A DNA stretch of 63,378 nt, counting the filler, from Octopus bimaculoides (lineage: Eukaryota), in NCBI RefSeq assembly GCF_001194135.2. It is 7 parts of 6 records of this genome, joined end to end, with 100 filler letters (N's around TTAATTAATTAA, not from the genome) between each part and the next. Parts side by side here need not be neighbours in the genome. Positions count along the whole stretch, not along the records: positions 30,288 to 40,359 come from NC_068981.1; positions 40,460 to 43,841 come from NC_069003.1; positions 43,942 to 46,700 come from NC_069002.1; positions 46,801 to 61,261 come from NC_068982.1; 3 more parts are not named here. The stretch is one strand, 5' to 3'. The translations under genes were made by a program, and so were the position numbers. Of this stretch, positions 38,493-49,011 are shown piece after piece. A model generated the notes under the pieces. It had not been told where the DNA came from. It made no database searches and worked only from the letters and a program-made list of their open reading frames with translations. Position 1 is the stretch's first letter, and each line of letters begins with the position of its first letter.

Positions 38493-38722
38493 AGGCGGCA
38501 GGCTGGCATAATCGCTAGCACGCCGGGCGAAATGCTTAGCGGTATTACGTTTACCGTTACGTTCTGAATTAAAATTCCGCCGAGGTCAACTTTGCCTTTA
38601 TTCCTTTCGGGGTCGACAAATTAAGTACCAGTTACGCACTGAGGTCGATGTAATCGACTTAATCCCTTTGTCTGTCCTTGTTTGTACCCTCAATGTTTTG
38701 CCCCTTGTGGGCAATAAAAAAA
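38493..38722 (+). mobile_element. SINE family B with alternative tail, CpG-intact
   Basis: gaggcggcaggctggcataatcgctagcacgccgggcgaaatgc...ggggtcgacaaattaagtaccag...gccccttgtgggcaataaaa. Confidence 0.75.
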
Positions 38723-38842
38723 AGAATACCATAAAAATACAAACAACTGGACACATTTCGGCGAAAAGAATTTACTATTCCAAACATTATGAATCCTAAT
38801 TAATGTTTTTGTTATAAACCCAAACTGGAATTATTTACGTTA

Positions 38843-39085
38843 TATACATTATTTACATTCCACAGTTATTTTTCCTCATCTTGTTTGTTGTTAACACAAC
38901 GTTTCGGCTGATATAACATCCAGCCTTCTTCAGGTGTCTTGAAGAAATTTCGAACTTGGGTTCTCATTCCTAAGGTATTTTTCGATGTTATTGTTATTAT
39001 TATTATTGTTATTGTTCAGGTCACTGCTTGGAATCGAACTCAGAATCTTGGGGTTAGTAGCCTGCGCTCTTAACCACTATGCCAT
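38843..39085 (-). mobile_element. tRNA-headed SINE-like element containing a hammerhead ribozyme fold
   Basis: The head has an A box TGGCATAGTGG (39084-39074) and a B box GTTCGATTCC (39039-39030). It is followed by an (AAT/AAC)n spacer, a unique body with the hammerhead motif and an AT-rich end. Confidence 0.75.
38893..38938 (-). ncRNA. Minimal type I hammerhead ribozyme motif
   Basis: RNA GACAC-CUGAAGA-A-GGCUG-(GAUGUUAUAU)-CAGCC-GAAAC-GUU^GUGUU. It has the CUGANGA and GAAA core, a 5-bp stem II, a 5-bp stem I (GACAC/GUGUU) and a palindromic ACGU stem III. Predicted cut is between 38898 and 38897. Confidence 0.7.
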
Positions 39086-39518
39086 TTTCAACAGAAAAGA
39101 ACACGAGGAAATAAGCAGAGAGAAGATAAAAAAAGAGAGAATNNNNNNNNNNNNNNNNNNNNNNNNNNNNNNNNNNNNNNNNNNNNNNNNNNNNNNNNNN
39201 NNNNNNNNNNNNNNNNNNNNNNNNNNNNNNNNNNNNNNNNNNNNNNNNNNNNNNNNNNNNNNNNNNNNNNNNNNNNNNNNNNNNNNNNNNNNNNNNNNNN
39301 NNNNNNNNNNNNNNNNNNNNNNNNNNNNNNNNNNNNNNNNNNNNNNNNNNNNNNNNNNNNNNNNNNNNNNNNNNNNNNNNNNNNNNNNNNNNNNNNNNNN
39401 NNNNNNNNNNNNNNNNNNNNNNNNNNNNNNNNNNNNNNNNNNNNNNNNNNNNNNNNNNNNNNNNNNNNNNNNNNNNTATATATATATATATATATATATA
39501 TATGCATATGTATGCGTA

Positions 39519-40163
39519 TAAGAAGGGATGACCACTAAGTGGACATCCGATATGCTAGAAAGAGGTCATCAACGGCTCAACCACAGAGACAAATAATGTT
39601 CTCCAGAAAAAAATCAGCAAACATAAAAGCATAGGCGAGCAAGACAAAATGAAAAATATATATCAGATTTTTTTTTATATGCTAGACCACTGGTTTTAAA
39701 TTGATGTTAATTAAATTAATATTCAATTTATCCCACTCAGTATATAAATATAAATTTAAATGATTATGTTCTCTCGGCGGCAACATACGATGCAGTGAAT
39801 TATCCTCTGCAGAACTGTTTCCGGAATTTAGCCCTCCAGCGCTGAGACATTTCAAAATAACCCCATTGTAATCGGTAGAACTGTACGCACGTCAAATTCT
39901 TTGAAGACTTCTGCAAATTATATTGATTTTAGAATAATTGTGCTGATGAACCACGGACGTGTTTACGTAAGTAAAAATGTTGATGGGGAAAACTGTACAC
40001 GATTAATTCTTTATTTTGTAAATTATTCATTTTGTCTTGCCCGTCTAGGCTCTGGTGTTTGCTGAATTTTTTTTTCTGGAGAACATTATCTTTCTTTGTG
40101 GTTGGGTCGAAGATGATCTCTTTCTAGCTTATCAGATGTCCACTTAGTGGTCATCCCTTCTTA
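39519..40163. mobile_element. TA-flanked MITE with ~140-bp terminal inverted repeats (Tc1/mariner-type)
   Basis: Left end TAAGAAGGGATGACCACTAAGTGGACATC matches the reverse complement of the right end. Similarity extends over 39519-39657 versus 40021-40163. TA at 39517-18 and 40164-65. Confidence 0.75.
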
Positions 40164-40472
40164 TACACATGTAATACAATTTTTCTGAACTACGAGAATT
40201 TGTCATATATATTACTACGGAGGAGACTTTACCTTGATGAGCAGAACCAGCATTTTATTCTTAATGCTAGCGTTCATTCAAATTTACATCAAAATATATT
40301 TTAATACACGCACGCACACACACACACACGTGTGTATATATATATATATATATATATATNNNNNNNNNNNNNNNNNNNNNNNNNNNNNNNNNNNNNNNNN
40401 NNNTTAATTAATTAANNNNNNNNNNNNNNNNNNNNNNNNNNNNNNNNNNNNNNNNNNNNATATATATGTATG

Positions 40473-40503
<31 letters not shown>

Positions 40504-40603
40504 GAATGTAGATGTGTGTGTATATATGTATATATATATATATATGCTTTAGAGTGTGCTTCTTTTGCAGATTTATGATACATTGATGACTATATATACA
40601 TAC

Positions 40604-40654
<51 letters not shown>

Positions 40655-41614
40655 GACATACACATACACTCACTAGTATTGTCATGACTGTATCAACTTT
40701 GAAAAAGAAACACACACAAAGAAAAATAACAAAATATATCTTTTAAACTCTATAAATATAATAATTACAACAATTATATATTAGTAAGCCACTTGACACC
40801 ATTTTAAATAAAATATGTTACATGAGAATCCTATTTCAGGTTAATATTCATGCTATGTGTACTAAAATGAAGTTTTTACTCCCATATTCTTACAGTGTTT
40901 TTATTGAATATTCTAATAGGAGGAGTCCTCCTCCTCCTCCTCTGCTCCTCGTCGTCATCGTCGTCATCGTCGTCGTCGTCGTCGTTGTTGTCGTTATCAT
41001 TTCAACATCCATTTCCCCATATTTGCATGGGTGAGATAGAGTTAATTGCAACACATTTTCTGTGACTGGATGCTCTTCCTGTTACTGCAGCCTTTTCATG
41101 ACTGCTGTATATTGGGAGGCAAAGAATATTTACTTCTCAGCATGCAGGGGCCTTGACTCCTTTCAAAAATATAGAGACATATCAAAATGAATGGACTATT
41201 CACTATATGGTCACATTTGGAGTGCCTTTGATCCTAGGTCTATTTGCTCAAACAGGATTGAATTGAGGCCAGACAGCAAAATTTGAAATGTTGGTGAAAT
41301 CGATAGCCAAAACATTCCTCATTAAATTAAAAATTTTATAAAAAAATTGAAACCATCTGTGGTGAAATAGTGTTTTTTTTTTCTCAAATTTTATAACAAC
41401 AAATTTGAAAATCTTTATTAGATTCTGTGTGAAGAACAGACAAATCAAAGAGAAATTGTGGTATTTCTGTTGAATTTTGTCAATTAAAAGAAATTCCTAT
41501 AGTTACTGAAAGTAATTAATTAATTGGTCAGTTTAAAAAATAAGAACTTAATTTACTTTCTGAACTTTTATATCTGGTATCCAGAAAATGGCCACTCAGC
41601 TGATTAGCATAAAA

Positions 41615-41915
41615 TCATTTACAGAGAATCCCAGTATCTGGCCCACAGTTGTGCTGTGTGCTCTCTTTGTCATTTGCACCACTACTATAATGGCATCTGC
41701 TCCTCAGGAATGACTAGATATATTCCACCACTTTTCAAGTATGCCTAACCCAGTCATCTCTCTTTTCATCACCTAAGTTGTGTCATAAACTCCCTGATTG
41801 CCCTCTGCTCCAGTCCCTATGCCAGATTTCTTTCTTAGAATTTCATCCCTCTGTAACTCCCTCCCTGCTCATGCTTTCTCCATCAATGTTGATGTTCAAG
41901 AGGAACATTATTGAT
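41615..41915 (+). mobile_element. Non-LTR retrotransposon 3' fragment, same type as 52430-53010
   Basis: QYLAHSCAVCSLCHLHHYYNGICSSG..IPP and RISSLCNSLPAHAF. Confidence 0.5.
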
Positions 41916-42277
41916 ATCAATGATGGTGGTGGCAGTGGTAATGATGTTGGCAACTAAAAGTTTAAAGAACGATATTGATTTCATGTAAAACAACAGAGCA
42001 TGGGACCAAACATCCATCGACTTCCAATCACACCTCCTTACATCTATGATTTATGTTATTCCACCAAAGTCAGTTATATATATGTATTGACAGATATAGA
42101 AATCAAACCAATCAATTATTATATTGTTACTTATCTCATAAAATGAAAATAAACATTTGTGTACATGGCACCATGAGAGAAATCAATATGTAAAGGTCTA
42201 CAACAGTGAATGTATTTCATAATCAGAATATATTTGGTATATATGTATGTGTGTATATATAGATATATATATATATA

Positions 42278-42455
42278 GGGAAAATTCACAAAAAAACAAC
42301 AGACGAAGACAGATGGTGTAGAAAACAAACTGATGTATTAGTATAATGCTCGGGAATTGAAAAAGTCTTTAACGTTTCGAGCCTACGCTCTTCCACAAAA
42401 AGGAACAAGGAGAGAAAAAAAATGTGTGTAGTGGTTACCGATCTATCATGGCAAT
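42278..42455 (-). mobile_element. Penelope-like 3'-end repeat, copy 2
   Basis: Shares gacgaagacag.tggtgtag...acgtttcgagcctacgctctt...gatcta.catggc with copies 1 and 3. It abuts (TA)n. Confidence 0.55.
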
Positions 42456-43358
42456 ATATATNNNNNNNNNNNNNNNNNNNNNNNNNNNNNNNNNNNNNNN
42501 NNNNNNNNNNNNNNNNNNNNNNNNNNNNNNNNNNNNNNNNNNNNNNNNNNNNNNNNNNNNNNNNNNNNNNNNNNNNNNNNNNNNNNNNNNNNNNNNNNNN
42601 NNNNNNNNNNNNNNNNNNNNNNNNNNNNNNNNNNNNNNNNNNNNNNNNNNNNNNNNNNNNNNNNNNNNNNNNNNNNNNNNNNNNNNNNNNNNNNNNNNNN
42701 NNNNNNNNNNNNNNNNNNNNNNNNNNNNNNNNNNNNNNNNNNNNNNNNNNNNNNNNNNNNNNNNNNNNNNNNNNNNNNNNNNNNNNNNNNNNNNNNNNNN
42801 NNNNNNNNNNNNNNNNNNNNNNNNNNNNNNNNNNNNNNNNNNNNNNNNNNNNNNNNNNNNNNNNNNNNNNNNNNNNNNNNNNNNNNNNNNNNNNNNNNNN
42901 NNNNNNNNNNNNNNNNNNNNNNNNNNNNNNNNNNNNNNNNNNNNNNNNNNNNNNNNNNNNNNNNNNNNNNNNNNNNNNNNNNNNNNNNNNNNNNNNNNNN
43001 NNNNNNNNNNNNNNNNNNNNNNNNNNNNNNNNNNNNNNNNNNNNNNNNNNNNNNNNNNNNNNNNNNNNNNNNNNNNNNNNNNNNNNNNNNNNNNNNNNNN
43101 NNNNNNNNNNNNNNNNNNNNNNNNNNNNNNNNNNNNNNNNNNNNNNNNNNNNNNNNNNNNNNNNNNNNNNNNNNNNNNNNNNNNNNNNNNNNNNNNNNNN
43201 NNNNNNNNNNNNNNNNNNNNNNNNNNNNNNNNNNNNNNNNNNNNNNNNNNNNNNNNNNNNNNNNNNNNNNNNNNNNNNNNNNNNNNNNNNNNNNNNNNNN
43301 NNNNNNNNNNNNNNNNNNNNNNNNNNNNNNNNNNNNNNNNNNNNNNNNNNNNNNNNCA

Positions 43359-43598
43359 CTGACAGAATTCTTTTCATTGTGCATCAATGAAAACTTTGCA
43401 AAAACATTATTCTATGCTGAAGTACCCATGTATTTCACTTGGAACAGTAGGAACAAAGAATGGCTAAGAAGAAAATGAAGAAAAAAAGTTGAAGGCCATT
43501 TGAACGTTTTCAAAGAAGAAACACTTGGTCATGTTTCTGTTGTCACACCAAACGCAGGAGAACTGTATTATCTAAAAATTTTATTGCATGAAGTTTGA
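43359..43598 (+). mobile_element. Helitron fragment (Rep-helicase linker region)
   Basis: LTEFFSLCINENFAKTLFYAEVPMYFTWNSRNKEWLRRK*RKKVEGHLNVFKEETLGHVSVVTPNAGELYYLKILLHEV matches the Helitron pattern TLTAFF..FAKTLLY.EVP.YYTW..RRKQG..LGRVYTV.P..ECFYLRLLL. Its 5' part is lost in a gap. Confidence 0.8.
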
Positions 43599-43788
43599 AA
43601 TAGTATCTTTTCTTTTTCCATTGCACATCGACATTTTCAACTTGAAGTGGTTGTAACCCATCAGGTTATGGCAGGTACATCTAGTATATATATGTATGTA
43701 TATGCATTAATATGCATGTACACACATATATGTTTATATATATGCGTTTGTGTGTATATATATATATATACATCTATATATACATACA

Positions 43789-43841
<53 letters not shown>

Positions 43842-43941
43842 NNNNNNNNNNNNNNNNNNNNNNNNNNNNNNNNNNNNNNNNNNNNTTAATTAATTAANNN
43901 NNNNNNNNNNNNNNNNNNNNNNNNNNNNNNNNNNNNNNNNN

Positions 43942-43973
<32 letters not shown>

Positions 43974-44779
43974 CATACAAATATATATGAGTGTGTGTAT
44001 GTGTAAATATGCACATGCATAAACGCATGCATACATACGCCCGCGCGCACACATACGCACACATTTAGCATTTTCTTCCCTTCTGTTACTCACTGTTTAC
44101 AATATGGTCACTCAATTAAATTTTTCTCTTCCGGTCTTCCATTTGAATTTCCTTCATTTAGTTTGTTTTGTTGTCGTTTAATTTTTTTATATTGTATTTT
44201 CCTTAAATTTTATATTTCATTAAAATTTTTTTTCTTTTGGAAAATCATATTTCTCCATTTTATTCAACATCTATCCCCCACTACACCTCTGGTTCTTTAC
44301 AGAAGCTACACTGTGTAGGCTAAGAACTATTAAAACTATCGATTCATAAAAGAGAAAAAAAACGTCTTTTTTTTCTTAAAAATATTTCTTAATGTAGAAG
44401 ATTGTTCAAAGAATTACATTTCAATATTTTAGATTGGCTTATTGCGATACAAAGGCTCCATTTTAGGAAAAGTGAATAGAAAATGTGATGTTCATGGATT
44501 TAGTTTTTTTTCTTATCCTCCGAGTATTCGAGGTTAATATGGAGCAGAACTGAACGGAACCAGAGACTGAAACCATGTGAGTGTCTCCACCAATCACGAC
44601 TGAAGAAGGTCTTATTCTATGTGGTCTCCCGGCTTGTTAGAAATGACAGCCAAGATAGATATCTCAGAGATCATAGATCTTTTTGATTTGTCAGAATTGA
44701 GCTGAGGTAGTACCCTAAAATAACAACATCGATAAGGAGAAACAAGTTCATCATCATTATCGTTGTCGTCGCTTTCCCC

Positions 44780-44898
44780 CCCAGCATCCCCAGCTTTATC
44801 ACCATCACCACTATTACCTCTACCACCAATACCACCACCATGCCCATCATCATCATCATCATCATCGAGTCACCACCACCACCATCATCATCACCACC

Positions 44899-44946
<48 letters not shown>
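44780..44946. repeat. Compound (CAC/CAT)n triplet repeat
   Basis: Visible directly; explains the poly-H, poly-S and poly-P ORFs. Confidence 0.9.
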
Positions 44947-44951
<5 letters not shown>

Positions 44952-45170
44952 TTCAGTGTCAACTCGAAGAAATCTCTTCCTCTTATTCACACCACTCTCG
45001 TAAACACAAGGTATCTACTGTTTGTTCGTGTTGGTGGTGGTGGGCGTTGTACAGTCGATTTCATCCACATAGTTCTTCAATGGTACTTTATTTAATCTTC
45101 TGCTACAGCAACGGGCCGATCAAAGCCCGTGTGAGTGGTTTTGATAGACAGAAGCTGATGGGAGCCTATC

Positions 45171-45208
<38 letters not shown>

Positions 45209-46800
45209 GTTTGTGTGTCCTCCCCCAACCAACCGCTTCGTGGCCGGTGTTGTGCTTACGTCCTGTAAAAGAGACTGATGGAATAAATACCTAGCTTTAA
45301 AAATGTAAGAATTTGGGGCGATTCTTCCAACTATGGGACTGAAAATCTACTCTGGTGACATTTCATATGAGAATACAGGATGCTGAAAGTAAATTTTATG
45401 CGAACTGTTGTGCAGTCATCCTATCTGTTAGAAATAGCAGCCAAATATATCATCACCATATCAAACCAACCAAAAACTGTTCAATATATATTTTTTTTAA
45501 ATGGAAGGTTATATCGGGTCACAGTGACAATTAATTTGAAAGATACTTATTAAATCAATACACGACTTAAACTAATATTTTGTTATTCTTGGTCTACTAT
45601 TTGAACTCAGATTGTAAAGAGACTTAGTTAAAAATTGCAAGACATTATTTAATATTTTACTAATTTTACCATCGGCATAAACGATCACTCGGCTTAATCC
45701 TATAGAGTTAATCCATCGTTCTGTTTAATCCTATCACCTGACACTTGATTACATTCAGGGGTATTTACTTTTGCTGCAATTATTCGGACCAAGTCCCAAT
45801 TCTGACTCATAATGCATTTCTCCCTATTAAAACTCAATAATAGGTGTCGTTTTATTTTACATCTATTTCGACAGCAACACAGTCTCACGGGTCACGATAA
45901 CCTGATGGGTGCTGCCCTACTTTGATGAAACTATAAATAAGAAAACTCCCTGCCTTTATTGATTATAATTCTGGATTCGAAATTGCTAAAATAATGTGAT
46001 AAGGTAAAGGTTCATGAAGGTGCATAATTTCTTAATTATGAGAGTGTCACCAAATTGAATTATAGCTGCGAAGTACAACACACCAAATATTATCTTTGAT
46101 AATAATATTTGGGACATCCGAAGGTGTTACAAATTAATAAGACATGTTAATCCTGCCAATAAAAGAACTGTTTTCATAGTTAGAGAGAAAGGGTGATGCA
46201 TTACACTTAGTTTTCTCTTGATTTATATCACAGTTGTGGAATATAAAAGAGATTTGTATTGTGAAAGCGACAACAGTTTGCAAGAAAATCACTAAATTAT
46301 ATCTGCATGCATACATACATACATACATACATACATACATGCATACATACACAGGCACACGCATACACGCACGCACACACGCACGCACACACGCACGCAC
46401 ACACGCACACACACACACGCACACACACACTCACATGTATGTACATGTATATGTATATGCATGGCTATATACACACATGCGTAATTATGTGGTAAGTTTG
46501 CTTACCAGCTACTACATGGTTCTGCGTCGAGTCCCACTGCGTGGCATCCAGTGTATCTTCTACTATAGCTCTGCACCTACCAAAATCTTGTGAGTGGATC
46601 TGGAAAATGAGCTAAGCATTTCGCCCGGCGTGGTAACGTTTCTGCCAGCTCGCCGCTTTTATTTCTGCTAAGTGAACTAGAAGAAACCAACTCTGTCTCA
46701 NNNNNNNNNNNNNNNNNNNNNNNNNNNNNNNNNNNNNNNNNNNNTTAATTAATTAANNNNNNNNNNNNNNNNNNNNNNNNNNNNNNNNNNNNNNNNNNNN

Positions 46801-46831
<31 letters not shown>

Positions 46832-47860
46832 TGTGTATACATGTATCTCTGCGTGTATGGGTATAATGCATTCGCATGCACACATATCCAATGTGTGTTT
46901 GGTAATTTAGATGTGCGTGGTTTGACGAAGATTTTTAACCGGCTTACATACTGACTCTCTCATTCGAATCGTCTTGATTCAAAGTGTATCAGGCAACCCA
47001 ATGTTGTTTGCCATTGCCGAAGATATCTGGAGTAAATAGTCACTGGTGTCAAAAGCGGATCTCCTTTTCTCATCTCATATTGATATTTGCTGAGTCAAAG
47101 GATTGTGATATTAAACAACCGGATCTTGAGCAATATAATTATCGCTATGTATACATGTACGTTTGAAGTGTGGAACATTGATCAATAATTGGAAATAACG
47201 ATATAAATCAAATCATTTGTACTTTGTTTTCCTCATGAAATCTTTCGCCAAATACGAGATGCAGTTTTTCACTGTGAAACCCATAATTCAGCAGAACTGT
47301 ATTTCATTGTTTCTTTCTTACTATCAAAATGTACAACCTTCTGATCTGTGCTGGTTTTTACAAACATGACATATGCAATATCTATCTTCAAATATCATGT
47401 CGATAAACAGAAAACAGTGTTAAAAAAACGTAGGAAACAACGTTAAAGTGTAGTAAATGAAATATTATCTGTAGCAGATTAGATATATAATTAAGTTATA
47501 TACTGAAACATTTAGAGACATAACTTAAAGCAATGGAAACATTAACTTTAAACATCAAGAGTATTTATTTCATTAATATGATTGGGTTTTTTTCTTTCCG
47601 TTCGCCAACTGAAAAGAGAATAATATTTATGTGTTCTTTCACAAACATTCTAGCCTTTGGATAAAAGTTCTTTTAAGAATTTTACGAACCAGAAAGACTA
47701 CAGAAAAAAAACCCATAACAGATCGATTCCAATATCCGATAGCTCTTAATATATTTTCTATTTCATTTTTTTATATATATGGTTGTTATTTTATGGATAT
47801 TTATACAATCATTTATATTGCTTGCTACCTCCCTCTTACCTATGTGTGCATGTGTGTGTG

Positions 47861-47898
<38 letters not shown>

Positions 47899-48265
47899 TG
47901 TGTGTNNNNNNNNNNGTGTGTGTGTGTGTGTGTGTGTATGTGTGTGTGTGTGTGTGCGCGCACGTGATCTTGACTATGAACAGGCAATCTGTGCGTGCTG
48001 TGGTATCTATAGGATTTATGTATATGGATGTTGCTAGATAGGGAGAAAAAAAAGAGTGAGAAGAGAAAGAACAATACAATCGGTACTAGTACTTTATTAA
48101 CTGATCCCGAAAGAATGACAGGCAAAGTTTATCTCACAGAACGAAGAGAGCCGGAACAACTAACATGAATCAATCTATCGCCAGATCTTCCAATGATACC
48201 ATCACGCATTCTAACGAGGTTCTAATGGCTCTACCAATTAATCGGCTGATATATATATATATATA

Positions 48266-48456
48266 GGGAGAATTCACGAAAAAAACACAGACGAAGACAG
48301 GTGGTGTAAACAACAAATGGATGTATTAGTATAACGCTCGGGGATAGAGAAAGTCTTTAACGTTTCGAGCCTACGCTCTTCAACAGAAAGGAACACAGAA
48401 AGAAACAAGGAGAAAAAAAATATGTGTAGTGGTCAACGGTCTATCATGGCGAATGG
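48266..48456 (-). mobile_element. Penelope-like 3'-end repeat, copy 3
   Basis: Same repeat. The minus strand contains CUUU-CUGUUGA-A-GAGC-GUAG-GCUC-GAAAC-GUU-AAAG. It abuts (TA)n. Confidence 0.55.
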
Positions 48457-48544
48457 CATATATATATGATAACTTAGATATGCTTCAGTCAAAAATTGAC
48501 CCAGGCTACGCCTAACTTAATTGCACCACCTGATAGGATCTGCA

Positions 48545-48935
48545 AAGTCACTTTTAAATGATGTTTTGTGGTATCATGATCCATTCATGTAGGGAGTTGG
48601 AGTTGTTGTTGACTGAGATGAATTCAGGTATAGGTGGCTTATGTGATATCCTTTGAAGAAATTTGTTTAGCTTTTGTTTAAGGGTAACGGGATCGTTGAT
48701 TTGTTTTAGGATAATGCTAAATAGAGCAGGGTCTGTAAAGGAAAAGGAATTGTGTTGCAGTGAATTTATGTGTTGTGATCCTGACTCGTGTATGGTACGT
48801 ATCTCCAACCTTGGATGAATTCTAAATCTAATGTTAAGGTCATTTGGGCAATGCTGGTGGTATATTCTCCACATTGTGAAAATGATGTTACGTTATAATT
48901 CTGTAGATATAGTCATAAGCTTGAGCTTGTAATTA
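48545..48935 (-). mobile_element. CR1-like LINE 3' coding end
   Basis: MWRIYHQHCPND..HNSFSFTDPALFSI..KQKLNKFLQRISHKPPIP..NSNSLHEW fits the post-RT C-terminus of CR1-group LINEs. Confidence 0.6.
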
Positions 48936-48979
48936 TATTTACACGCGCACGCACACACATACAGACATATTTATATATC

Positions 48980-49011
<32 letters not shown>

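Noticed and set aside
39030-39085. A genuine tRNA gene
   Set aside because: A and B boxes are present, but I see no acceptor-stem pairing and the head is fused to a repeat body, so it is a SINE head. The same applies to the heads near 33430-33497 and 55180-55247.
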